Origin: Octopus vulgaris
Lineage: Eukaryota
Length of the DNA stretch: 64,000 nucleotides
Assembly (NCBI GenBank): GCA_951406725.2
Contig: OX597821.1
Location: 66,960,001 to 67,024,000 of the forward strand
Direction of reading: 5' to 3'
Shown here: positions 12,105 to 28,620 of the stretch, piece after piece
How the letters are laid out: each line of letters starts with the position of its first letter
Numbering within the stretch: the stretch's first letter is position 1
Program-made: the position numbers and the translations under genes
Notes under the pieces: generated by a model
What the model saw: the letters and a program-made list of their open reading frames with translations, nothing else
What the model was told of the DNA's origin: nothing
The model's database searches: none

Positions 12105-13351
12105 TCAGGTCATCCCATAAGTTCTGTCCGAATTTTGAATAAAGAAAACAAGTGATCAAATGTTATATTTAATTGAAATTTAATCATCAATGTACTTTAC
12201 TTGATTATCTATGACTTCCTTCCATCTATTCACAAGCTTTTTAATCCCATCAATGTAAAACTCTTTTGGTTTCACTGAAATGTCAGTTTCTACCTCCTCC
12301 TGGCCTGTGAAAGTTATGTCCCCCAAATGATTCTGTAAATTATGGAACAAACGGTAGTCTGAAGGAGCAACGTCGGGAGAATAAGGTGGATGAGGAATTT
12401 TTTCCCAACCAAACTCTTCGATCATCTGCGATGTGATCTTTGTAGTGTGGGGTCGCGAATTGTCCTGATGAAACATCACTCCTTTTCGATTCACTAAAGC
12501 GGGTATTTTTTTCTCTAAAGCTTGGTTCAAACGCTCTAATTGCTGACAGTAGACTTGAGCAATGATTGTTGTATTAGTTGGTAATAATTCAAAGTGAATT
12601 ATTCCTTTGCAATCTCACCAGATATAGAGAAGAACCTTTTTTTCTATGAAGTTCCCTTCTCGGTTGTGGTTGAGCTTTTTTCCCTTTAACCAAGCCACTG
12701 TTTACTACGTTTAACATTTCGATAGAAGATCCATTTTTCGTCACCAGTCACAAGTCTATCCAAAAAGGGTGAAATGTGTTCGCAAAAATGAAGATAAGAG
12801 CAGATGTCAACTCGGTATTTGCGGTTGCTTTCAGACAATTCATGAGGCGCCCATTTTCCAAGTTGTTGAAGATGACGATGAACAGTTATGTGGTTTGAAC
12901 TAATCTTTATTGCCAATTCTTCAAATGATAATTCAGGATTTTCTTCAAGCAGCTTATCATCAAACTCAATTGGACGTCCTGTTCGATCATCATCTTCAAG
13001 GTTGAAATTCTCCACTTCTGAATTTTGCAAACTATCTTCTGCAAATTCTTTCATTCAAGCATTCTTTCCCATAAACTGAGCATATGTTTCGAGTCACTTC
13101 GGCTACAGAGTTTCCTTTTTGTACTCATAAAGCATTATGTGCCTCAAATGCTGTTTGGATACTTCCATGTTAGAAAGGGTTTTAATCAAAGCAATTTTAA
13201 TTCTATTATTCTGTAAAATAATATTTAATTCGTTTAAAAGTACACAAATGTATAAAAATAATTTTTAATTCCATTAGACATTCTAAAATATTATCAAATT
13301 TCATTCAATGTTTCAAAAGGTAAAATCGGACAGAACGTATGGGTAACCTGA
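12105..13351 (-). mobile_element. full-length decayed mariner (DD34D) DNA transposon
   Basis: ~30-bp TIRs TCAGGTCATCCCATAAGTTCTGTCCGAATTT / AAAATCGGACAGAACGTATGGGTAACCTGA, flanked by TA at 12103-12104 and 13352-13353. Confidence 0.95.
12180..13168 (-). pseudogene. mariner transposase, frameshifted
   Basis: Starts MEVSKQHLRHIMLYEYKK. Contains WAPHEL, VTGDEKW and HQDNSRPH...HPPYSPDVAPSDY, with 34 residues between the last two catalytic Asp. Split over several frames. Confidence 0.92.
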
Positions 13352-13431
13352 TAATTTTCACTTCACCACTTTCGAAATCATTCATTATTTCCTATCGTTT
13401 TATCTAAAAGGCTGAGGGCGTGAGTTACATT

Positions 13432-13660
13432 CTTATTTCTTTACTACCCACAAGGGGCTAAACATAGAGGGGACAATCAAGGACAGACAAAGGGACTATG
13501 TCGATTACATCGACCCCAGTGCATAACTGGTACTTAACTTGTCGACTCCGAAAGGATGAAAGGCAAAGTCAACCTCAGTGGAATTTGAACCCAGAACGTA
13601 ACGCCAGACGAAATACGGCTACGCATTTCGCCCGGCGTGCTAACGTTTCTGCCAGCTCGG
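13432..13660 (-). mobile_element. SINE family B (young tail type)
   Basis: Full body with tail ...CCCTCTATGTTTAGCCCCTTGTGGGTAGTAAAGAAATAA on minus. Confidence 0.85.
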
Positions 13661-13770
13661 TGGCACTCGGTGCTAACGTTTCTGCCAGCTCGGTGGCATT
13701 CGGTGCTAACGTTTCTGCCAGCTCGGTGGCACTCGGTGCTAACGTTTCTGCCAGCTCGGTGGCAACACTC
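13637..13770. repeat. 4 x 33-bp tandem repeat of the SINE-B 5' end
   Basis: Unit GTGCTAACGTTTCTGCCAGCTCGGTGGCACTCG, near-identical, with no spacers. Confidence 0.95.
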
Positions 13771-14662
13771 GGTGTGTGTGCGCGCGCTGTTTCGTTTTTG
13801 TAGGATTAACACAAATGTAATCCATCCAGGAAGAAATGAGAATGATTTGATAACCATATGGTTCGTATGTGAGCTACCATCAACTATATGCTCTGATAGT
13901 ACAGGAATCGGACGTGCTCATGTAGTGTATCGTCTTGTATTCTGAAATTGCCCAGGCTTAAAAGTCGTTGGAATGCCATATCGATTGCTGGATTGTACAC
14001 AGCATGCTAAACAGGATCGGCTGATTACTGTACAGTGGATGAAATTTACAGAAGCTAACATATATATCCTGTATGTATTAAATGATATATGCATATGTTC
14101 ACGATTGCATATATGCATCTATATATAAATACACTCACATACATATACACGTTTGTGACTGTCTGTGTGCGACCGTATGCATATGCATAAACGCATGTTT
14201 TATTATTTAAGCACATATCTAGTACTGCTCTCATTATATTCCAGTGACTATATGCGTGCTTATGGGAGGAATAGAAAAATCGAAATATAATTGGATTTAG
14301 TATTTATTAATGATTATTTATGAAGTTGTTATGACTGCATGTACAACAATAAACGCATTAGTGTTGCCGAAATATACATGTTTCTGAATGAATATGTAAA
14401 CAGTCTTCGTACGTCTGACTGACTAAATACAGATCTAAAGCGGATTCTGTGTAATAAGTTGATTCCAAATGTGTGAACAATTATTGTTTATATACTTTTC
14501 AATGTCTATTTGCTTTGGGCATTCATAAGACAATTTTGTTTATGAATGTGTATTTACATTAAGTATGTCTGATGAATATTTTATCTACGTCTATACGTTT
14601 GTTTGTATGTGCAACTGATGCGCAAACGCGTGTCTGCTAGCAAGTACATTTTATAATTATGT

Positions 14663-14711
<49 letters not shown>

Positions 14712-14832
14712 TAAAATTATATATATAATATTTTATCATGCATATATTAATATGTATATTAATATATATATCAATATATATTAATATGTATTTATTAATA
14801 AATATAATATATATACGTATGTGTATATATAA

Positions 14833-14887
<55 letters not shown>

Positions 14888-14974
14888 CACTCACATGTAT
14901 ATGTACATATATATTCATATGCATACATATATACATATATATGTGGTGTGTATACGTAAATATTTGTATATGTG

Positions 14975-15014
<40 letters not shown>

Positions 15015-15202
15015 CGTAAAAACATATGCAAGTTTCCACTTATAGTTATAAATTTCTTACTAAAAGCACTCTAATTAGAATAAAATAATAAAAAGGCAAC
15101 ATCCGACCAGACGACAAGAAAAATCTAATTAGAGCAGCATAGAGTGTACTTAATTCTGTCTTTCTTCTGATAAAAGCAGAAAATGGATTTCAGGAAAACA
15201 CG

Positions 15203-15240
<38 letters not shown>

Positions 15241-15506
15241 TTGCAATGAACATGCGTTCTAGAAAACCTTAAGGGCCTTCTATATGTAATATTTTTTTAT
15301 GTCCTTTATAATCTTTTCAGAGAAGAAATTCCAAGAAACCGATTTTAGTTGTTGTGCTCATAAGTGCAGATTATGAATATGTACATTCATGAACTTATTT
15401 TGATATATAAACTTCCGTCTTTCTGCGCATTCACACACAGAGAGCCGTACATGTATTATAAGATGCATTGTTCTATATATGTATGTCTCTATCTATATAT
15501 AAATCT

Positions 15507-16800
<1,294 letters not shown>

Positions 16801-17660
16801 TGAGCGAAGTGCATTAGATAAGCACGCTAATTTCGTATAGGAAATTAATACTCATCAGTAATGCTCAATCCCTCACAACTGGCAGAGGCTAACTCACTCT
16901 ATCAATATTATGGAGAATAACCGTTAGAATCAGTGACTGATTTCACAAAATGGCATTGTGAAAACCTCGGCGGAATTTGAACTCAGAACGAAATGCCACT
17001 AAGCACCTAAGCTTTATTGCTCGGACTGGTGATAAAACTGCCAGCTTGCTGCCTTAAGCCTAAACATTATTATTATAAAATATGTTTCGTAAATTATCGA
17101 CATTAAATTGCAATATACTAGTAATCTATAATTCATTTTCTCCCATTAAAATCTCCCCTTCCTCTCACTCTTTTGTATTTCCCTGCTGCCATTATTTTTG
17201 CCGATAATTATAAATCCCCAAGTAGATTTTCTTTTTTCTTATTCCATGTAAATTTTTTCCTGGGAAAGTTTTTCACGTGAAAGCAAATGAGCGCCACTTT
17301 GTATAAGAAGGGGTGTGTTTGCATATCTGTAAGTGACAGAATGTTTATCGTATTTTGTAAGCATGTGTGAGCTGATGTTCGGATGTGTGTGTGTATGTGC
17401 GCATATACCATTATGCGGTGTGTATGTATGCATGTATGCTTGAGTTATGTCTATGAATATGTGTATGCATATGTGTATACTGTAATTGTGTGAGCGGACA
17501 TCTGTATTACTTTACGTTAATATATGCATGCTTATTTGTGACAAAGTATGTAGGGGTTTATGTGTGTGTATGTGTCTATGAGAATGTGTTTAAGTCCTTT
17601 TATATATGCACGTATATGGAGACTTGTGTAACTTTATAGGAGATCATGTGTGAATATGTT

Positions 17661-17717
<57 letters not shown>

Positions 17718-17865
17718 TATGTGTTTAAGCATATGAGAGTGAGTATATGTATATATGCGTACGTGTGTGTTCAATGGTGTATATGTTAGATATATATATA
17801 TATACACACATACACGCATATATATATATATATATATGTAACATATACACCATATATATACACAG

Positions 17866-17915
<50 letters not shown>

Positions 17916-18171
17916 CTGTGTATATATACGCACATATATATATATAAATATACATATACACACACACATATATACATATATATATATATATATGTATGCA
18001 TGTATGTTTACGTATATAGCTCTGTGTACATGTGTGTACATTCAAGAAGATTGTGCGTAAGTGCAAGTACATTTGGCTGTGTACATCTGAGCGTATGTGT
18101 GTATACATTTCCATGTGTATTCATGTGTGTGCCCGTTTATGGGCTTTTCCATGTCTATGTATATATGTATG

Positions 18172-18260
<89 letters not shown>

Positions 18261-18774
18261 GTTTGTGTGTGTGTTTGTGTGTGTGCGTGCTCATTTCTCT
18301 CCATTATTCCAGAGCAATACACTAGACAATACAATACAAACGAATGTTATCGACACTGCTTTTCCACTATTCCAATAGTACTAATGAACTGCAATGCCTA
18401 TACATAAGCTAATCACGTGCTAACAACATCTTATCTTACTTGTCAATTTAATTGTTCCTACCTCCGAGTATTCTAATTTGTATTTCAGCAATATTGTATT
18501 TCTTTATTTTATTTCCTACTTGTTTTATTATTTTTGATTTGTGTATTTGTGTGTATATGTTTGTATGTATGTATGTCTGCAATTACCTCCCTTTTTTAAA
18601 GAATTTTTAAATTCTATTTTCGTACCTTTATATTTTATTATTTTTTTTTTTTTGGTTGAGGAGTTGTTGTTATTTAAAGTGTTGATTTATATTTCTTTCC
18701 TTTCTGTCTATTGTTTCAGCTAACTTAATTAATTGTCTGAGACTTCACCAATTTTCAAAATCTGTATCTAAGAA

Positions 18775-18785
18775 ATAATAATAGC

Positions 18786-18847
<62 letters not shown>

Positions 18848-18912
18848 TGATGATGATGATGATAATAATTATAATAATAATGATAATAATAATAATGATG
18901 ATGATGATGATA

Positions 18913-18950
<38 letters not shown>

Positions 18951-18951
18951 A
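18775..18951. repeat. (AAT)n/(GAT)n compound microsatellite
   Basis: Directly visible. Confidence 0.95.
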
Positions 18952-19496
18952 AAATTTCTGTGATGCGACGATGGAGACTTTACACTAGAGTTCTATAAAA
19001 GTTTCACATACGCGACACACTTTTTAAAAATTAAGTTTTTTTTCTAAAATCACTAAGTTTAATTAGCAATTAAATGTCATATTTCACTAGTGATGTGTGT
19101 AATTTACTCAGAGTTGATATGTCTGAAATATATTTTGCGGTCAAATACTGTTTTAAAAAACATTAACAAGTTTTGACTTCAGTCCATGACACATTCAGAG
19201 ATTATGCGCAGCACGCTACAATGACGAGACATATATTTTGAATTTTATGCTGAATGTTGTCGCTCGACTTGCTAGAAACATTAAGCAAGTTTTTCTCAAT
19301 TTGTACAGATTCATTTTAAAAGACAAAGTACTTAATATGTTTTATAGTGTAAACTCTGAAAGACAATTGTCTTTAGTAATGAATAAGTTTGATCTTAGTT
19401 GACCTAGACCTAGGCAGCAAGTAAGGCCTGCAAGTTTCAGTGATTGATGATGGATAGATTCGCTACGTCTCATATAACTCGATGTCTACTAAATAA

Positions 19497-19815
19497 AGGG
19501 TTCGAAGATCGATAGGTCTTCAATGCCCTGACAAAAAAATTAAGAAATCTGCATAAGGTGAAAGTAGGTGTCTTCAAAAGGAAATAGACATCTTCTTCTC
19601 CACAATACCGGATGAACCAACAACCTGACATGAGGTGCAGACGAGGGCAGCGGAATCAAACTCCCTTATACACCAAATGGGCCAACAGCTGGGACAAAGG
19701 CACATACAGAAGTGGTGATGTGAAACGCCCCTGACGGAAGAAATCAGAAAGACCACGGTGCTGATCTAGCATGGCCGCAGTCTTATGACTGAAACGAGTA
19801 AAAGAAGATAAAGAA
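19497..19815 (+). mobile_element. CR1-group LINE 3' end, diverged
   Basis: Translates ..VFNAL.KKLRNLHKVKVGVFKRK..IFFSTIPDEPTT.HEVQTRAAESNSLIHQM, homologous to the end of the 5915 ORF. Tail GCATGGCCGCAGTCTTATGACTGAAAC. Confidence 0.8.
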
Positions 19816-22444
19816 TTAAAGAATAGCAGATAAATAACATTTCCCCCCAAATGATGATCTCTCATCCGGGAAGAGGAAAAAATATAATATCCGGAATGCA
19901 TTGTGTACGTTACAATTTTGGAGACCGAGTTACTTGAATGGAAAATCTTGGGTTATAAGACTGACCAATGACTATGACGAAACAAATAGTTTCTGTAATT
20001 GTTAGCGGATACAAGAGAGGACATTATTCCACGGCGGAGAACTCTCCGGGGTTATTTAGTAACAAATTCCCACATTCATCGATGTTCGGTTTCGTTTATA
20101 TTAGTCAAATTGTCAGTTCAATTCTTAGCATTTTCGAAGAAAACCAACAATAGCATAGATTGTAGACAATTAGTAAGAAACTATTGATCTTAAGAAAGGA
20201 TTGTGAGCTGTGCCATCTTCTATAATTTTTAGTATTATCGTGCTGAATTTATGTTGAAAAGTATGAGACAAAGAATTCTTCAGGAACACTCGGGTTAACC
20301 TATAAGCAAATTTAAAGTAGCTGCTTGTAATATAGACTGGTATAATGCAGTATTCTGGTATGAAAACATTAAAAGAGAGTAAAATATTGAATGAAGGTTT
20401 CTTTAAACATAAGATTGGTATATCTCTTATATTCAAAAATTTCACTGAGTGAAATATTATTTGTATTCCCACTATTCTTGAAAGAATCTATATGAACCTA
20501 AGTAGGTCATGAATGCAATCTAAATTTCTAAAGTCAGATAATAGGTGGTTGTTGTCGTCTAACCCCAGGTGAAGCACACCTTTGATTAAAGTCATTCCAT
20601 TCTAGACCATAGCGTTTATCCTCTCAAAATGTCCATTTTTAAGAATTAAGGTGGTATCTAAGGGAAATGTGATTACTGCTTCCAACAGATCATGTGACCG
20701 CAGTGGCTTGCTTAAGGCACTTGTTGTTAATGGATCTTTATATACTATGCTGCGAAACCCCAGAGTATACGTATAATGAAAACCATTCCAGTTGTGACTA
20801 TTCTATCATATTCATGTTTATCATATCTAAGAAGATTTTGCCGGTGTTCGTGTTTCAAAGAAATTAGAATGTCATCTAAAGTGGGGATTTGAACATGTTG
20901 TGTACCACATCGAGAGGAGACGTATAAACTCTCTCAGTGGTTCGACTCCCCTTTTTAATGTTGATCAGGGTTTAAGATTCATAGTCAGAGTGAACAAAGA
21001 CTTATTTATATGTTTTCATAGAGTACAAGCACTGTTGTTTCTTTTTTTTCATGTTTATTACAAACAACTATTAAGATAATAGATCAGAGTGGACCAGAAC
21101 AGTTTTGTTTCATTACATGTTTAGTACTTTCTCCCGGGAACCTTCAATTTCAAATGCACTCATATGGTCACTGAAGTGATATGCCCCTTGACTTGGGTAC
21201 TTAAATATGGTGAAGTCTATCCGCATCCAGCTGTGACTATTGTAGATCCCTTCCAGATAGAAAATTAAAAGCAAGCAATGAAGTTCTAAAATATTTATCG
21301 AGCTCCAATTTGACGACAAACCAAGTCGACCTCCGTAAGATTTGAACTCAGACTATAGAGATCCTGAACATATATCGCAAATCAATGTATTAACGATTTA
21401 ATGATTCTAACTCGACATTTTCTTACGAATGAACGATAACGGTGTATTAGGACCAACAGAACTCTGTTGTTTAACTATTAAGGATTATGTTTAGAATAGC
21501 CTTCCGTGGAATATGATGGAACCGTCCAATATTCAACAACGACCTAGCCTTAATATGTTATATTTTTCTTCTTAAAGCAAAAATATATCCAGAAATATAT
21601 CCTTTCCCACAACAGTGGGAAATATTTAAGGAATACTTGACTGTAAATCTTAACAAAAGGACTGTTTCTTTGAGCAGAAAATGCTTCTTCCATTGTAACA
21701 AATTATTGGTGTTCATTCTTGTTTTTGTTGTTGTTGGGATATTTTTAATCTCACATCAGCCCTATCGAAGAATCCTACGAGCTAAAGCCATTCGTCAGTT
21801 ATTTTCCAAACAAAATATATATCCCGAATTCCCTTAATTTAGCTTCTTGATTTTAAGAAGAGGGCGACATTTGAGAGAAATAGGACGACTATTTCTAGCA
21901 CATTAACATACCACAGTAGAGATTATCTCTTTTGACTATTATATTCGTAAGTGTTGTTATTATTATATTCACATACGAAGTGGTCATTAGTTATAAAGAC
22001 TATTGCTGTAAATCACATTAACCGTTTATTATTCTTAATTATCATTTCTTTTAAATCCATTTAATTTCAATAGATATATTTACTTTATTTACAAAAAGAA
22101 AACTCTCAATACAACTTATAATATCAATGTGTTAACAGAATCGCAACGAACAAGTGAATTGCAAAGTAGATGATTCAAATATAACGTTATAATAGAAAAT
22201 ATATTGCAATATTAGTACAAACGAACATATATCCCTAGATGATTAGTACTATGGCTTTCTATTAATATTGACTGATTTCTCTCTAATGAATTTGTTTGTG
22301 TATCTGAGATTTCAAATAAAGCCCCAATGAGATACAAACCTTAACAATAAAATGATATCATTTCGACATAAGTTACATTAATGTATTGACTGTATAGATG
22401 CGTAATTGGATAAACGCGTCTTTTTTTTCTCACTCACATCGAAG

Positions 22445-22534
<90 letters not shown>

Positions 22535-23804
22535 TATGTATGTATGTATATATATAAATTATATACACACATGTGCTTTTGTGTGTGTGTGTGTGTTTGT
22601 GTGAATGTGAATGTGTGTAATTCGTTTCCATGCTTACTTAAGTTTATAAGTTCAATTATTGTGGCGTGTCAAGTGACCTGAGTAAATATACACAACATAT
22701 ATATTTATATGTGTAAGTCTGTCTCTGTATTAAGCCATATAAATCATTAGGCTTCCATTACTAACGTTATGGATGAAACAAGTGGCTTACACTAAACTAT
22801 TTGCTGTGTGTGCGCGTCATCATTTTAAAAATAGAATCTTCTGTTTGTGACCACAGAATGAAAGAAGAGAAGCAAATTTTCGAGTTCATATGTTAAATTA
22901 ACTTTCTTGAGGTAAGCATTATAAATACTCATGTAGAGACTTGTAAAAGAAATGCTATTTTTGATAAACTGGAATCCCTACGATTTAGGATTCCAGATTA
23001 GTCTGTCAAGCGATGCTAATAGTTACAGCTTAGGTAGGTCCTTGAAATAAGAATGACCATGTTAGCACTTCAAATGAATTACTACTAAAAATCAAAATCA
23101 ACACCATACTAGTAATTGCTGAGATGTCACTCAAGACTCAGGTTTCAATGTATATATAAATCTGAAATATAAAGACACATTAATAAAACCTCTTCTAACA
23201 GGCGATCATTGTTTTAGAAATCTGACCCAGAAGACCAATATATATATATATTGCTAAGACATCTTCTAACAAAAAAAAAATTCTTTGATATAGTAGCATT
23301 CTGTTACAATAAGGCCTTGCCCAAAATTTGTCTCATACATGAAATTGCATATATTTCGTTAGAAATCGAAATGTAAACTCTGCTAACTCACTATTAGCGA
23401 CACTTTTTTCCCTCAAAATACAAAAACAAATATAGGAGAACGTAGATCTATTATCAGAAGAATCCTGTTTTAGATCTGAAAATTTTATTGACAGTGTTTA
23501 TTGAAAAAATGTTATAAACATTAATCTTAGATTAGAGTTTCCTCCAAGGGTCCCACTCGAAATTATAGGCGCCTTATGGCACTAGTACATCAGGTGCAAA
23601 AATATACTATTGGTAGACGTATTGAACGTATTACTATTTTAAGGGAATTTAAGAATGGAACCCCATGCAAATCTACAATACGAAAACTGCAAATGGAGGT
23701 CGTAAGCATTGAAAATGACGATGGTGGAAAGAGGCCAGAAGGAGCGACAAAATGAAACAAATTCTTGACCCTGGTAAAAATAGCAAAACAACGCAGGAAT
23801 ATGC

Positions 23805-24388
23805 GATAATGCTCTTCTCAGTACATGAGCTGTTCCAGTTAACACGGTTTTTTGCATTTCCTGTAGGAATGGTAAGCCTGGTATCATTTTCATATAGGTG
23901 TCAGTACCTTTTTTTATCATTCTTAGAGATCCTACAATCACTGGTACTATAGTCGCCTTGAGATGCTACATTTTTTCAACTTCTATTAGCAAGCCTTTAT
24001 ATTTACTAATCTTGTCAAATTCTTTCGCCGCTCTATTGTGGTCGCAAGGAATACCCATATCAATTAATAAACACATCTTTTTGTCTGATCTTTTATAGGA
24101 TCCGGTTTATTAGATTTTATAGTTTTGTCGGTATGTACGGGGAAGTCCAATAGAATCGACACATTTTCTCCTTCAGTCACAGCTTCAGGATGGTGTTTAT
24201 ACCATTTGTCAGCGGTTTTGATATTATGATGCCGACATATTGTCCAGTGTAAATACTGGCCGACTCTGTCATGTCTTGCTTTATATTCTACAGGTGCTAA
24301 GAATCAACACCCTGAGATTAGGTGGTCTATTGTTTCAATCTCATCGTTACAGAATCGGCATTTTGGGTCAGCTCCATTTTTTATCACA
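23805..24388 (-). mobile_element. RLE-type (R4/Dong-like) LINE C-terminal fragment
   Basis: KCRFCNDEIETIDHLISGC zinc knuckle, EYKARHD, WYKHHPE, KPD/LID nuclease region, and VPVIVGSL...MQKTVLTGTAHVLRRAL. Confidence 0.85.
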
Positions 24389-24402
24389 TTATTATTATTA
24401 TT

Positions 24403-24918
24403 GAGTGAGAGAGCAGTTCATGCCATCAAAGTGACACTGGGGTAAAATATACGAAGCCCAATATACCCATCATGACTACTCGGCTGATAAAGGTACACCA
24501 GGCACATGCATCACAACCATATGTGCGCGACATGGTGATCTCATATCGAGATAAACAGCACATGACCTTGCAGGTGGAGCCCAGTTAGAATTTTCTTCAG
24601 GTTGAGTAGCCCATCCCGCTCAAAAGGTCCCTGAATAAGGGTTGTTTAAGGATGTTGAAAGAACCACCCATGTTTCCAGAGGTGAATTATTCAAACCTCC
24701 AAGAATCCCTCTCAACACATGGCTATGATGCTCCCCCACTACTTCTGCTCGTGATCAGAGATGCACATATCGTCAGCCCCTAAGGGACATGCTCAACTGG
24801 TTAAGGTCAAACAACTGACAAGCAAATCTGTGGTATTGAGCAGAATATTTGCTGTAGCCCTTCTTTTATACCAAGACAAAACAATGTACATGATAACACT
24901 TCCAGTCAGTTAAGATCA
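24403..24918 (-). mobile_element. element D ((TAA)n-flanked non-coding retroposon), slightly 5'-truncated
   Basis: Near-identical to 33829-34385, with (ATT)n on both sides. Confidence 0.85.
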
Positions 24919-24930
24919 TTATTATTATTA

Positions 24931-24992
<62 letters not shown>

Positions 24993-25468
24993 ATATATGC
25001 TGTTGGGGTACTGTTGGACATTTATTTTTTAATCACTCGAAAGGTTTCCTCGCAACGTTCTCCTCCAGGTGTGCAGGTACTTGATTATGCAGCTGTTTCC
25101 GTGCATTACGGGATCTCGTTTCGTTTCCCCAGGCGATATATGAATATTGTCTCCGTAAGTTTAAAATCCTCGGCCTCAAGTACATCCTTTCTCTCAGTCG
25201 TGGACTGAATGTAGTAGGAGTCTCTGATCTTATCAAAATGTGTTGCCGCTAAAAGGGCCGTTGGCAAACTGCTTTGAATGTTTAGATGCAATGGGAATGG
25301 TTGTCCAACCGTACGCCTTCTTATTAACCTCAATTACCTATTCACACACGACAAATGCCAAAACGCAAACCTGGAAATATGTTAATACTACTAGTGGATA
25401 ATACCGGCTAAATCCGAAGCTGGACGAGCTTTATAATGTACTCTACTATGTTCTTAACAGAATATACC

Positions 25469-25804
<336 letters not shown>

Positions 25805-25835
25805 TGCATGTATATATATATATATATATATATAT

Positions 25836-26198
25836 CTTTACTACCCACAAGGGGCTAAACATAGAGGGGACAGACAATGGGATTAAGTCGATTACATCAA
25901 CCCCGAAAGGATGAAAGGCAAAGTCGACCTCGGCGGAATTTGAACTCAGAACGTAACGACAGACGAAATACCTATTTCTTTATTACCCACAAGGGGCTAA
26001 ACACAGAGGGGACAAACAAGGACAGACATAGGTATTAAGTTGATTACATCGACCCCAGTGCGTAACTGGTACTTAATTTATCGACCCCGAAAGGATGAAA
26101 GGCAAAGTCGACCTCGGCGGAATTTGAACTCACAACGTAACGCAGACGAAATACCGCTAAGCATTTCACCAGGAGCGCGAACGTTTCTGCCAGATCGT
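25836..26198 (-). mobile_element. SINE family B dimer
   Basis: Full copy 25972-26198 joined to a head-truncated copy at GAAATAC|CTATTTC. Confidence 0.85.
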
Positions 26199-26210
26199 AT
26201 ATATATATAC

Positions 26211-26245
<35 letters not shown>

Positions 26246-26896
26246 TATAAGTATGTATACGTAATGCGTATATATATATACTCATAAAACATGCATATTA
26301 CGTATGTATATGAGCTTGTGTAAACATATATGAGTGCGTACGTATGTAAATGCTTCTCGTATGTGTGTATAAAAGGCAAAATACATATTTATATTGGTAT
26401 ATATATATATCTACACAGTTTCGACCCCTAACTAAAAAGTTATGAGAACCTACACAATGTACACTCAAATTACACAAGTTTTATTGAGCTCTTCAGCATG
26501 CATTCGACTATCTTGTTCAGCAAGTTTATGTCGCATATAAATTCATAGCTGTAATTAATTTAACGGATAATATGTCTGTTTTTGAAATATGGGAATACCC
26601 ATATTACATTCATTCTTTGTTAGTAACACGTTTTAAACAAGTGAAATTTTATACAGTTTTCAGTTCACATCGACCGACGTGTATCTGTTGGTATGTGTGT
26701 TCATTTTCTTATAGTTTTTTATTGATTTTAAAGATACAAATGTTAATGTTCTACCTATAGATGTTATGTTTGCCAGGCGTCATAAGCACAGTTTTATAGT
26801 TATAGGTATCACACGCGCATAAACATAACCCATACACAGACACGCGGACACGTATGCTCAAGTATGCTTTTATATGTATGTGTGTGTATGCTTACG

Positions 26897-26963
<67 letters not shown>

Positions 26964-27065
26964 AGAGAGAGAGGGGGCAAAGAGGAGGGAGAGAGAGCTA
27001 CGTGTATATATATATATACATATATTTACACATATATATATATGTGTGTGTATATATATATATAT

Positions 27066-27244
<179 letters not shown>

Positions 27245-28620
27245 TGTATTTCTATGAGCCATAATTTTTATCGATCGCTGTTGCATTGTTTCTTTTCATA
27301 TATCTTTTATCGCTTCCATTTTTATGTCTTGGTCTGCTCATCTTCCCTTTTAATACGTAAGTATACACAGGGAATTATATAAGCGTACCTAAAGAAATTC
27401 ATGCAAATATCTACACACTATTCAGTAGAGATAGATATGCATTTGTAAAATACAAGCGTATACGCAAAAACAAAATATACATTACTATATATAGATGTAT
27501 ATACAAGGGGGCTAATTCATACACATACACATGAAGCAAGTAATTAATCCATCATGGAATAAGCTCGAAAGCGTTCAGAATGAAACCTATGCTGACACCG
27601 AAACGAAAACATAAAATATGTAATACAAAACATTGAATAAACACTTGAGACTGAATTCTACAAGAAAGACACCAAAAAATGGAATGAATTTGAATCTGTT
27701 GCTAGTTATTAACATTCTAAAGAAGATCAATCATCTAATGGTCGTGAAATGTTATATTCCCAGACTTGGTTGCTATACCACGCAGGTTTACGAGCCAACA
27801 GCGATACACGCAATGGCAGAAAGTTATACGTCTAATTGTAACTGAAACATCATCTTGAAGTTTTCCTAGAGTTTAAAATCATCCTCACCTTTCACTAGTT
27901 TCTCTCCAGCAATGCAATATCTAACTAATCATTTTGTGGTTGGAGTTTCTGCCCATTCAGTTTTAAATAATATAGTTCTACTACATGAATGACTCAAGGT
28001 ACTAGAGAAACTACGTAAGCTTGCTATCTAGCGACGTCGTATTATATTCTTCATTCAAGGTCGTTACATTCTTTCTAGTTTCTGGTTTTGTAAACCTTTT
28101 AGCTCTTATATTCCAAAGAAACCGCTACTGTTTTGAGATTTTGTTACATAACGTTATTATACGGTCGATGGAAAGAACAAAATCACTGTAGTGCAATTTT
28201 GCTTTAAACTGACTAAATTTCTAGAGATAACTAGATTTAGAATTCACTCGCAGAGGCATGCTGTAGATACGCAATGTGAGTAAATTTAATATTTGAACGT
28301 TCGATGTTTGTCTCTCACACATAAAGCAGTCGTACCAGTGCTGTTTCTCCCGTTGATGCAATGCGTGTAGTTAACATCTTGTGTATTGTTGAAAGCATAT
28401 CGTACATTGCTGCTTTGATCAAACGCAAAGCGTCTATTGTATTACATTACAAGATATATTCATATATATATATATATATTGCAATCATTAGAACACTTGT
28501 TCGATTACTGTTTGAATGTAATTTAAACTTGAAACGTTGTTCAAGAAACAAGGCTCTAACATAGTATATGTGTGTGTGTGTGTGTCTGTATGTGCATATG
28601 TATGTGCATATATATATGTA

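Noticed and set aside
13637-13770. CRISPR-like 33-bp repeats
   Set aside because: The units are contiguous with no unique spacers, derive from a SINE head, and have no cas genes; the context is eukaryotic.
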